Positions 1 to 8,907 of a DNA stretch of 64,000 nt are shown one piece after another; positions within the stretch are counted from its first letter, which is position 1; the number at the start of each line of letters is the position of its first letter. Origin of the DNA: Desulfatiglandales bacterium (lineage in GTDB: Bacteria > Desulfobacterota > DSM-4660 > Desulfatiglandales > Desulfatiglandaceae); assembly GCA_963662465.1 (NCBI GenBank), contig OY759599.1, positions 6,688,001 to 6,752,000 on the forward strand. Reading direction: 5' to 3'. A program made the position numbers and the translations under genes. The notes beneath the pieces were generated by a model, which worked only from the letters and a program-made list of their open reading frames with translations, did not search any database and was not told the origin of the DNA.

Positions 1-2838
1 CACCATCGCGATACGCTCTCCGTGTTCTTGAAGAAGGTCCCATGCCTCTTGGCCATCCGCCGCTGCAAGGACCTTGTACCCCGCTGCTTCCATGAACCCC
101 TTGACCTGATCCCTGAAGAAATTAGAGTCTTCGGCCATCAGAATTTGAGTGGCGGACTCATCGGTGTTATCCGCATGGTTTTTGTCGGCAAACCAGTGAG
201 GGTTGAGGGTCTGAATGATATCAAAGATGTCCACCAGCAGAGTGGTCCGGCCGTTAATGATGATTGAACCCATGATGCCGGGTTGTTTCAGCGCCATTTC
301 ATCCGTTTTGCCGATGACCTCAACGGCGTCTACGGGTCCCGTGGCCAGAAGCCCGATTTCTCTGCCTGCCAGCAGGAAAACGAGGACCAGCAGATGTTTT
401 TTTTCGGCCAGGGGGTTAACCTTCGCCACCTGGTCGATGGTAAAGAGCAGAAGGTTGCCGCCCCGGTATTGTACGACTCTTTTGCCGCCCACCTCTTCCA
501 TATCCGTGGCGGCAATTTTTTCGATTCTGATACAATGGTTCAGTGGAACGGCAAACTGTTCATCGCAGGCGTTAAAGAAAACCAGGAGAGATTGTTTGTT
601 TTGTCCGGTTCTTAGCGTTGCTTCCGCCTTCCGTTCCAGCTCCGCGGCCCGCGTCATTTCATGTACGGAAGAAAGCTCCGCCAGTTGGGCCAGTTCCATG
701 ACATCCAGAATCAATGCCACCCTGCCGTCGCCCATGATGGTGGCCCCGGCATACCCTTTGGTCTGCTTGAGATGTCGGCCCAGGGGATGTACCACGATTT
801 CTTCCGAATCAAAGAGCGCGTCCACCACCAGGCCGTATTTCATGCTTCCGGAGGAGACGACGACGATGTTGATCCCGCTGGCCACCCGATAGCGGCGGTC
901 ATCGCAAGACCGTAGTGGGTGGGTTTCGAAGGAGCTGTCTTCGATTTGGGTTTCACGAGCGCCACGGGAACCGAAAAGGGGAATCTTTTTCGATCGTCGA
1001 TCCGCAATCCGCTTGCGACGGTCCTTTTGGTTTTGACGGGTGTGAGGGTCCGTATAGGTTCTCCGAATTCCCAGTAAATCGGCAAGTCTGACCAGCGGTA
1101 ACAGGCTGGAACGCAGCCGGACCACTTCCGCATCGCCGATCAGTTCGATCCGTTTTTTGGCCTGATCGGCCGGAATGCGGATCAGTTCTTCCAGATTGAC
1201 CTGGGGGACCGCATAACGGTTGCCCCCGGTCAGAATAATCTGGCTGGGGATAATGGCCAGGGTCAGGGGAACCTTGATCCTTACGGTGGTTCCTTTTCCC
1301 GGCGAGGCGTCAATCTCGATTTGTCCCCCCAACCGGTCCAGGTTGGTTTTGACCACATCCATGCCCACTCCCCGGCCGGATAGATCCGTTACGGCCCGGG
1401 CCATGGAAAATGCCGGCAAAAAGATCAGGTCTATTTTTTCATTGTCTTTCAACTCCCGGGCCTGATCTTCCGTGATGAACCCTTTTTCAATGGCTGCCGC
1501 GGCCACCAGGTCGCCGTCGAGACCCCGTCCATCGTCGGAAATTTCAATGTTTACCCGGCCTGCTTCATGAAATGCCTTAAGGCTGATCCTGCCTATGGGG
1601 TGTTTTCCCGCCTTTTCCCTTTCCAGGGGTGTTTCAATGCCGTGATCGATGGCATTTCTCACCAGATGCGTGAGTGGGTCGCCGATGGTTTCAATGAGGG
1701 TTTTATCCAGTTCTACATCCTTTCCGTCAATGTGCAATGCCACTTCTTTGTCCAGGCTTTGGGCTAGATCCCGCGCCAGCCGGGGAAATTTATTAAAAAC
1801 ACTTCCAATGGGCTGCATTCGGGTGCGCATGATCGCTTCCTGAAGTTCGGAGGTAATATGATCGATCCTTTTGGCCACCATTTCCGAGGTGTGATGATCT
1901 TTTCCGGCCAGGGCTTGAAGCAGTTGGTTGCGGCCGAGGACCAGTTCGCCCGCAAGGGCCATGAGCGAATCCAGGAGACTGACATGAACCCTCAGGCTGG
2001 TGTCGGAAGCCTCCTTATCCTTATGGTGTTCTTCAGGCACGGGTTCCACGGGGGAAGCCTTTTCCGGTTTGGGTGAGGTTGTCCGTCTCTCCTCATCCGT
2101 CTCATGCACATGGTCCGGGTTTATATCAAAGAGCGTTGCAATGTCTTCTGGATCCAGTACGCAGGCGAAAACAAGTGTCAGGGTTTGAAGGTCGTGGTTT
2201 TTATGAAGCTGGTGAGCCAGCACATTCCCGTAACCATCGGCTTCCTTCAGAATGTCTTCGGGAAAACGAGCGCCCTTTCCGGAATTTCGCGCCATTGGAA
2301 TTTCGATGCGGTAAACGGATTTCCCTTCTGCTTTCATTTCCGCCAATTGGCCAGGATCAATGGACAAATCAGTCGGGGTGGTGGTCAAGGCATCTGGAAG
2401 AGATGCGCCGGTCTGGGGTTTTGAAAGTTCAGGGGGCCTGGGCATGGATTCCGGTGGATGGGTCAGGGAAGAGAGTGCGCGAATGGGATCGGAAATGTCC
2501 ATTTGATCGCTGGTTTCCACATGGATTAAGAGATTTTTCAGGATATCGGATGCCAGCAGGAGAAAATTGATGTTTTCCGGGTTGGGCACGAGTTTTCCAT
2601 TTCGCATGAGTCCCAGAACGTTTTCCATGTGGTGCGAAAGGGTTTTGATGTTCTCGAGGCCCATAAATCCTGCCCCGCCCTTGATGGAATGGGCCGCACG
2701 AAATACCTTATTGACTTGTTCCACGTCAATATCTGAACCGGCCTTTTCCATTTCCAGAAAATCCGTTTCGATGCCCGTCAGATGTTCCAGTGATTCATCA
2801 ATATAGGCTTTCAGGGTTTCCTCATCGCCGGTATTCAT
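1..2838 (-). CDS. cheA: CheA chemotaxis histidine kinase, hybrid with CheW domains and C-terminal receiver; 3' end outside the window
   Basis: Absent from the ORF track because it runs off the window. Manual translation from ATG 2838 gives MNTGDEETLKAYIDESLEHL, Hpt FRAAHSIKGG, LRVHVSLLDSLMALAGELV, PLTHLVRNAIDHGIE, SGRGVGMDVV, IKVPLTLAI, CheW repeats and receiver ILMAEDSNFFR. Confidence 0.93.
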   Translation of the reverse strand, partial: MNTGDEETLKAYIDESLEHLTGIETDFLEMEKAGSDIDVEQVNKVFRAAHSIKGGAGFMGLENIKTLSHHMENVLGLMRNGKLVPNPENINFLLLASDILKNLLIHVETSDQMDISDPIRALSSLTHPPESMPRPPELSKPQTGASLPDALTTTPTDLSIDPGQLAEMKAEGKSVYRIEIPMARNSGKGARFPEDILKEADGYGNVLAHQLHKNHDLQTLTLVFACVLDPEDIATLFDINPDHVHETDEERRTTSPKPEKASPVEPVPEEHHKDKEASDTSLRVHVSLLDSLMALAGELVLGRNQLLQALAGKDHHTSEMVAKRIDHITSELQEAIMRTRMQPIGSVFNKFPRLARDLAQSLDKEVALHIDGKDVELDKTLIETIGDPLTHLVRNAIDHGIETPLEREKAGKHPIGRISLKAFHEAGRVNIEISDDGRGLDGDLVAAAAIEKGFITEDQARELKDNEKIDLIFLPAFSMARAVTDLSGRGVGMDVVKTNLDRLGGQIEIDASPGKGTTVRIKVPLTLAIIPSQIILTGGNRYAVPQVNLEELIRIPADQAKKRIELIGDAEVVRLRSSLLPLVRLADLLGIRRTYTDPHTRQNQKDRRKRIADRRSKKIPLFGSRGARETQIEDSSFETHPLRSCDDRRYRVASGINIVVVSSGSMKYGLVVDALFDSEEIVVHPLGRHLKQTKGYAGATIMGDGRVALILDVMELAQLAELSSVHEMTRAAELERKAEATLRTGQNKQSLLVFFNACDEQFAVPLNHCIRIEKIAATDMEEVGGKRVVQYRGGNLLLFTIDQVAKVNPLAEKKHLLVLVFLLAGREIGLLATGPVDAVEVIGKTDEMALKQPGIMGSIIINGRTTLLVDIFDIIQTLNPHWFADKNHADNTDESATQILMAEDSNFFRDQVKGFMEAAGYKVLAAADGQEAWDLLQEHGERIAMV

Positions 2839-3025
2839 TATTGTATTCCCCAAGAACGGACATTTTTTTAAAAGTAACATTAAAAATGTCACGTTTCAAG
2901 AATAGTTTTAACTGGTTTGCCGAAGAACCCTATCCAGTTGTAAAGATCTTGACAGAAATGGCATGGTTGGCTATTGAATTGGATAAAGAGGGTCATGTCA
3001 ACCATCAATCCCAAGGGAGCTTATC

Positions 3026-3430
3026 ATGAAAGAGATCAATGAGCTGGATCTGCCGGAAGACCTGCGCTACACGGACGATCATGAGTGGGCAAAACTGGAG
3101 GGCGATGCGGCAACCATCGGTGTCACCGACTTCGCACAGGAACAGCTCGGCGATATCGTGTTTGTGGAGCCCCCTCAACCGGGGGATAAATTTAAACAGG
3201 GGGATGAGTTCGGCACGGTGGAGTCGGTCAAGGCCGTAGCGGAGTTGTATATGCCGGTTGCGGGAGAGGTTATCGAGGTGAACCATGCCCTTGAAGATGC
3301 CCCCGAATTGCTGAATAAGCGCCCTTATACCGACGGATGGATCATTCGAATTAAACCCGATGATGTTTCCAGTCTGGACGGCCTTATGGACAAAGGGGCT
3401 TATCTGAAGATGCTGGAGGGATCTGAATAG
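3026..3430 (+). CDS. gcvH: Glycine cleavage system H protein
   Basis: YTDDHEW, GVTDFAQEQLGDIVFVE, lipoyl-Lys motif VESVKA. Confidence 0.97.
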   Translation: MKEINELDLPEDLRYTDDHEWAKLEGDAATIGVTDFAQEQLGDIVFVEPPQPGDKFKQGDEFGTVESVKAVAELYMPVAGEVIEVNHALEDAPELLNKRPYTDGWIIRIKPDDVSSLDGLMDKGAYLKMLEGSE

Positions 3431-4771
3431 ATGCGTTATTTGCCGCATACCCGCGAGGATATGGCCCAGATGCTTCAGGTTGTGGGTGTCGCCGGCCTGG
3501 ATGACCTTTTTTCCATGGTGCCTGAGGGGTGTCGTCGTCATGGGGTCCTTGATTTGCCCGAACCGATGACGGAATGGGAGTTGGATGCGCATATGGCCGC
3601 CTTTTCAGGAGAAAGTGATAAGGCCCTCGATGGCGGTTCATGCCCTCAAATTTTCCTGGGTGCGGGCTGCTATGACCATTTTATTCCTGAATCCATTCAT
3701 TACCTTCTGGGCCGTTCGGAGTTTTCGACGGCCTATACCCCCTATCAGCCGGAAATGAGCCAGGGGACCCTCCATGCCATCTACGAGTATCAGACCCTGA
3801 CTGCACGGTTGCTGGGGATGGAGGCGGCCAATGCCTCCCTTTATGACGGCGCTTCCGCCCTGGCTGAAGGATTGCTCATGGCCACACGCATTACCGCCGG
3901 GAAAAAGGTGGCGGTATCAAGGGTGATTCACCCCCATTATCGGCAGGTGGTTCAAACGTATCTGAGGCCTGCGGGCGTGGAAATTCTGGAACTGCCCTGG
4001 CTTGAAAACGGGAGGACGGATTTGTCCGGGTTAGGGAATGTGGATGTGGCTGCCGTGGCCGTGCAGTCGCCCAATTTCTTCGGGTGTATTGAAGATCTGG
4101 CGGGTATCGGCGACATCTGCCGGGAAAATGGCGCCCTTTTTGTCGCCGCCTTTACTGAACCCCTGGCCTACGGCATTCTCAAGAATCCGGGGAGCCAGGG
4201 CGCCCATATTGCCTGTGGAGAGGGTCAGAGCCTGGGCATTCCCCAGTGGTTCGGGGGCCCGGGAGTGGGGATGTTTGCCTGCAAGTCAAAGTATATGCGC
4301 AATATGCCCGGACGTCTGGTGGGACAAACCCGGGACAAACAGGGTCGGCGGGGATTTGTGCTGACCCTGGCTACCCGGGAACAGCATATTCGACGTGAAA
4401 AGGCAACGAGCAACATTTGCACCAACAGCAGCCTTTGCGCCCTGTCAGCCGCCATGTATATGGCATCCCTGGGGGGGACGGGCATGCGGGAACTGGCTGG
4501 GCTCAATTACGACAAGGCCGGTTATCTCAAGGGGGAACTCCGAAAAGCGGGGTTTGAGATTCCATTTGAGAGCCCCACTTTCAATGAATTCGTGGTTGAG
4601 TTTCCGTCCGGTTTCGACAAAATCCATCACCGGCTGGCCAAAAAAAATGTGGTGGCGGGATTACCCCTGTCCCCCTATTATCCCGAATTGGCAAACGGGC
4701 ATCTTCTCTGCGTCACGGAAACCAAGACCAAAGGGGATATGGATGCCTTTGTAAGGGAGGTTGCATCATGA
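3431..4771 (+). CDS. gcvPA: Glycine dehydrogenase subunit 1
   Basis: MRYLPHT, TAYTPYQPEMSQG, REQHIRREKATSNICTN. Confidence 0.97.
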   Translation: MRYLPHTREDMAQMLQVVGVAGLDDLFSMVPEGCRRHGVLDLPEPMTEWELDAHMAAFSGESDKALDGGSCPQIFLGAGCYDHFIPESIHYLLGRSEFSTAYTPYQPEMSQGTLHAIYEYQTLTARLLGMEAANASLYDGASALAEGLLMATRITAGKKVAVSRVIHPHYRQVVQTYLRPAGVEILELPWLENGRTDLSGLGNVDVAAVAVQSPNFFGCIEDLAGIGDICRENGALFVAAFTEPLAYGILKNPGSQGAHIACGEGQSLGIPQWFGGPGVGMFACKSKYMRNMPGRLVGQTRDKQGRRGFVLTLATREQHIRREKATSNICTNSSLCALSAAMYMASLGGTGMRELAGLNYDKAGYLKGELRKAGFEIPFESPTFNEFVVEFPSGFDKIHHRLAKKNVVAGLPLSPYYPELANGHLLCVTETKTKGDMDAFVREVAS

Positions 4772-6225
4772 ACAAACCCCTTGCGCCCACCGGCCTGAAC
4801 CTGGATGAACCCCTGCTCTGGGAGATGGGAAAAGCGGGGCGGACGGCATTTTCCATGCCCCGGCGTGACGTGGAAGCGTTGCCTCTGGACAAGGAAGTCG
4901 CGGGAGAGGGGCCTGATTTTCCGGATTTGAGCGAAATGGGTGTGGTGCGGCATTACACCCGGCTCAGCCAGTGGAATTTCGGCGTGGATACGGGCATGTA
5001 TCCTCTGGGCTCCTGCACCATGAAGTACAATCCCAAGATCAATGAAAAATTCGCCCGCTTAAAGGGCTTTGCGGGACTGCACCCGTTGTTGCCGGGGTCC
5101 ATGACCCAGGGGGCACTGCGGTTGATGGGGACGCTGGAACAATTTCTGGCGGAGATCACGGGGATGGATGCGGTGAGCCTTCAGCCCGCGGCCGGCGCAC
5201 AGGGGGAACTGACCGGCATGCTGTTGATCCGTGCGTATCTTCAAAGCCGCAACGGGGTGCGACGAAAGATCATTATTCCTGATACGGCCCACGGCACCAA
5301 TCCCGCCAGCGCGACCCTGTGCGGCTTTCGTCCGGTTCGGGTTGAGTCGGGTCCACGGGGAATCCTGACGCCGGATGCTGTCAGCGCCGTCATGGATGAG
5401 GATACGGCCGGCATCATGATCACCAACCCCAATACCCTGGGGCTGTTTGAGGAACACATTCAAGCCATCGCCGATATTGTTCATGCCGGGGGCGGGCAGG
5501 TTTACTGCGATGGGGCCAATATGAACGCGGTCATGGGGATGGTTCATATGGGCCGGAGCGGCGTGGATGTGTTGCACCTGAACCTTCATAAAACCTTTTC
5601 CACGCCTCACGGCGGGGGCGGTCCGGGGGCCGGCCCCGTGTGCGTGGCCTCGCACCTGATGCCCTTTCTGCCGATTCCCAGGATTCTGGAAAAGGCCGGC
5701 GTTTATCGCCTGAGCGAAGAATTCCCCGAATCCGTGGGAAGGCTCCACTCATTTGCGGGTAATTTCGGCGTCATGATCAAGGCCTACGCCTATATTCTTT
5801 CCATGGGGGCCGAGAATTTGAAAAACGCCAGCCGACTGGCTGTTTTGAACGCAAACTATATCAAGGAAAGATTGAAGGACGTTTTTCACCTTCCCTATGA
5901 CAGGCCCTGCATGCATGAGTGCGTTTTCTCCGATAAATTTCAACGGCGCCAAAAGATTACCACCCTGGACATGGCCAAACGCCTCATGGATTTCGGTTTT
6001 CATCCGCCCACCATTTATTTTCCCCTGGTGGTGGATGGCGCCATGATGATTGAGCCCACCGAGACCGAGACCCGGGAAGAGATCGATCGGTTTATCGAGG
6101 CGTGCCGTATGGTGGCAACGGAAGCCGTGGAATCCCCTGATCTTTTACGCGAGGCGCCAAAACGGTGCAGGGTAGAACGGCTGGATGAAACATCTGCCGC
6201 GCGCAGGCCCTGTTTAATGGGTTGA
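4768..6225 (+). CDS. gcvPB: Glycine dehydrogenase subunit 2
   Basis: PLGSCTMKYNP, PLP-Lys motif HLNLHKTFSTPHGGGGPG, MIEPTETE. Confidence 0.97.
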   Translation: MNKPLAPTGLNLDEPLLWEMGKAGRTAFSMPRRDVEALPLDKEVAGEGPDFPDLSEMGVVRHYTRLSQWNFGVDTGMYPLGSCTMKYNPKINEKFARLKGFAGLHPLLPGSMTQGALRLMGTLEQFLAEITGMDAVSLQPAAGAQGELTGMLLIRAYLQSRNGVRRKIIIPDTAHGTNPASATLCGFRPVRVESGPRGILTPDAVSAVMDEDTAGIMITNPNTLGLFEEHIQAIADIVHAGGGQVYCDGANMNAVMGMVHMGRSGVDVLHLNLHKTFSTPHGGGGPGAGPVCVASHLMPFLPIPRILEKAGVYRLSEEFPESVGRLHSFAGNFGVMIKAYAYILSMGAENLKNASRLAVLNANYIKERLKDVFHLPYDRPCMHECVFSDKFQRRQKITTLDMAKRLMDFGFHPPTIYFPLVVDGAMMIEPTETETREEIDRFIEACRMVATEAVESPDLLREAPKRCRVERLDETSAARRPCLMG

Positions 6226-6249
6226 GATTAAAACGGAGCGATATCCCAA

Positions 6250-6522
6250 ATGAAGTATTATGTTTTTTTTGACAGTTATGGAGATGTAAAAGCGGTATCG
6301 AATGAAAAGGAGCTGGTTGAAAAATATCAAGGTACTCCGGATGTTTTTTTTCAGACCACCTGTGGATCGCTGCCCGATTCCGACCGGCAGCGATCCACCG
6401 GTCATGTGGGGACCTTGACCTTTGATCGGGAATCCGAATTCAGGGATTACCTGGTTTCCCTCACAGATGAAGTCGAGGGTTTTTTTGAATGCGAGGCCGG
6501 GAGCCGGCCCTATAATTTCTGA
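6250..6522 (+). CDS. Hypothetical protein (90 aa)
   Basis: GGAG upstream; directly follows gcvPB; no recognised motif. Confidence 0.65.
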   Translation: MKYYVFFDSYGDVKAVSNEKELVEKYQGTPDVFFQTTCGSLPDSDRQRSTGHVGTLTFDRESEFRDYLVSLTDEVEGFFECEAGSRPYNF

Positions 6523-6965
6523 TTTTTCTTTTCTGCTACAATCGGGATAAGAAACTTTATCAGAATTTTTTGTTCATCCCACGAATGCCTCGGTTCTTTG
6601 AGCTTTTTCCGATAGTTTCTCCTCCGCGACTGAATTGATACCTTTCTGATCCAGCCCTGAAAGGGCGTTCATAAATTATTACTCCCTGTAGATTGTTTGA
6701 ATAATGTTAAGCTCTTACATGAGAGTGGACTCGTAAATTGATGTAAACGTTGCAACCTATATGGTGGAGTAGCGAAGAAAAAATCGGAAGCGCTTCTCGG
6801 TCTAATGAAAAGGTTTTTTTTTAAGGCATGGTCATGAGCTTGAATAATAAAAGGGTGTTAAAACAATCGGTGTATAAAACAATAAAAACAGTTGCTTAAA
6901 TAAGAAAAAGTCTCTATAAAGTATATGTCAGAATTGAAATAGTTTTACTTTAAGGAGACTTCCTC

Positions 6966-7894
6966 ATGCATCATAAGGACATCAAAGCGATAAGGGAATT
7001 CCCAAGAAATAATCTACGCACTTTGCCACCTGGTTCCCATGTTCCAGAGAGGGAACCTATACTGTATCCATTCCCACACTGGAGTGTGCAACGAGAGGGA
7101 AGCGTTCAAACACACTGCCCAAATGGATGTGTTTATTGAATCCGGAATTGCGTAGATTATTTCTTGGGAATTCCCTAATCAGAAAACAACTGAAAACCAA
7201 TTGTCGAGACTGGAAACGACTGAAAAAGCGTGAAAAAAAGGAGATCGCCCAAAAAATATTGGAAGAAGTGTTGACGGACTACGATTTCAAAAAGGAAGTT
7301 GAAACGGATAAGCTTGAATTGCTTGGCATTGAAGAGCAGAAGCTTACTTCAGGAATGATGGATTTGGATGAAATGGCTCGATTTATTGAAAGGTGAAGAC
7401 AAAACCTATCAAGGACACAAGGAGATCAACAGTTATATTGGGCTGGAAAATAAGCAAAATCGCATATTTATTGGCCTACCTCTCAACAAAAAGAAAATGA
7501 TAAGCCAGTCCAAATGAGCCAATTCAGAGCAAGCTTATCATTTGAGCAACTGGTCAATTTGACCGTATACATCCTTTACCATTTTCAGCAGTACGGCTTT
7601 CTGGATGGTCGGATGGTCCATTGCGTTGATTCAACGGAGCTGGCAGTTGATTGTCAAGCGTTGTTAGCGAAGTTCAAAGTTAATGGACGAAATATACGTA
7701 TTTATTGTGATATTGACTGCGATTGTGGCAAACGTCGAAATAAGCGAGATAAATCAGTTTATGTTGTAGGTTACCGAATGCATACGCTTACGGCCATTAA
7801 CGCAGAAACGGGCCAAAGTTTTCCTCTTATTTCTCTGCTGGCGCCAGCCAATCATCATGATAGTCATTTTCTTGGGCCGTTGGTTTTTCGGTAA
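6966..7894 (+). pseudogene. Degraded transposase-like gene, interrupted by a MITE, with a premature stop and 3' truncation
   Basis: AAGGAG then ATG 6966. Removing the MITE gives MHHKDIKAIIRKQLKTNCRDWKRL. Stop at 7394-7396. Later fragment VHCVDSTEL...VGYRMHTL...PANHHDS resembles the first half of a DDE domain. Confidence 0.75.
6994..7175. mobile_element. MITE, 182 bp, 27-bp perfect TIRs, TAA target duplication
   Basis: GGGAATTCCCAAGAAATAATCTACGCA (6994-7020) is the exact reverse complement of 7149-7175; TAA at 6991-6993 and 7176-7178; excision restores the reading frame. Confidence 0.92.
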
Positions 7895-7898
7895 AGAG

Positions 7899-7927
7899 TT
7901 GCATGGAAAAGCACGATTGTATAGAAT
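7899..7927 (+). promoter_or_regulatory. Putative sigma70 promoter of the Rpn-like gene
   Basis: TTGCAT-17nt-TAGAAT about 60 nt upstream of the start. Confidence 0.5.
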
Positions 7928-7986
7928 CGTAAACATAGCGTGAGGTTAAAACCTGCCAATTCTAAGCTGAGAGGAAGAATCGCCCC

Positions 7987-8781
7987 ATGATGAAAATCAA
8001 CTGGCACCGCCTGTTTGGTCTGATGCTCATGGATTATTTTTCAGACCGGGGCTTTCGAGTTGAGCTGGAAAAGGACCTTTCTCAGAAGCGACAGTATCTG
8101 GATGTGGTGATTCTGGAGCAGGAAGAGGCAAAACCCGATCTGTCAGGAATTTGCGACGGTTTTGACAATCTTGCGATCCACAACCTGCTCAGTTACAAGT
8201 CGAAGCGGGAGTCACTGAATATATGGGCTTTGGAGGAATTGATCGCGCATTATGTTAACTATCACAAAATTCTTGGAAGAGACCGAAAAAGAGAAACGGT
8301 TCACCTGTACGCAGTAAGCACGCGGTATCCTGTGGGTCTTTTTTCTGAAATACCGGCTGAAGAAGTTAACCCCGGCGTATGGGAAATTCGTGTGCTGAGC
8401 CGCGATATCCGCATACTGGTTTTGAGTAGACTGCCTCTGGCGCAAAGAAACGCAGTCTTGGCCTTTTTCACTTTTGATCCTGAAAAGGTCCGATTTGCGC
8501 TGTATCATTACCGGTGGCGGATTGACGATGGGTCTACAGTCGTTAACCAGTTGTTGCAAAAATATGCACTGGAGGGAATAAACATGCCTTATACCATGGA
8601 GCAATTCAGGAAGGAATATGTCGAGGCCTATCTGAACGAGTTGGATCCAGAGGAAGTGCTTTCGAAATTCGACCCGGCGGAACGAGTGAAAGGTTTGGAC
8701 CCGGTGGAGCGGCTAAAGGGACTCAAGGTGGAGGAAATAGAGGCTTATCTGAAAAAGCTGAAGAAACGGAAAAAGCATTGA
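7987..8781 (+). CDS. Rpn/YadD-like PD-(D/E)XK nuclease-family protein with C-terminal repeats
   Basis: VELEKDLS..YLDVVIL..LLSYKS motifs; C-terminal repeats LDPEEVLSK/FDPAERVKG/LDPVERLKG. Confidence 0.7.
   Translation: MMKINWHRLFGLMLMDYFSDRGFRVELEKDLSQKRQYLDVVILEQEEAKPDLSGICDGFDNLAIHNLLSYKSKRESLNIWALEELIAHYVNYHKILGRDRKRETVHLYAVSTRYPVGLFSEIPAEEVNPGVWEIRVLSRDIRILVLSRLPLAQRNAVLAFFTFDPEKVRFALYHYRWRIDDGSTVVNQLLQKYALEGINMPYTMEQFRKEYVEAYLNELDPEEVLSKFDPAERVKGLDPVERLKGLKVEEIEAYLKKLKKRKKH
8584..8781 (+). CDS. Putative intragenic small protein (RpnS-like antitoxin, 65 aa)
   Basis: In-frame internal ATG preceded by GGAGGG-7nt; covers only the repeat tail. Confidence 0.55.
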   Translation: MPYTMEQFRKEYVEAYLNELDPEEVLSKFDPAERVKGLDPVERLKGLKVEEIEAYLKKLKKRKKH

Positions 8782-8907
8782 GTCGTTCAATTAAACGCTA
8801 AGACCTCGCTCAAAAATAGCATTTTCCCATCTCAGCTTCAGGGTATCTTCGGCTGCTGCTCAATCGTGAAGTCCTCGAAATGATTCGCCAGCGGCCGGAG
8901 AATTTCA

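Noticed and set aside
22..2806. Plus-strand ORFs in the ORF track
   Set aside because: Shadow frames of the minus-strand cheA
2959..2972. Sigma54 promoter upstream of gcvH (TGGCATGGTTGGCT)
   Set aside because: GG-GC spacing is one base short of the consensus
6725..8897. Single composite IS spanning the transposase pseudogene and the Rpn-like gene
   Set aside because: No convincing matching inverted repeats or TSD found by eye
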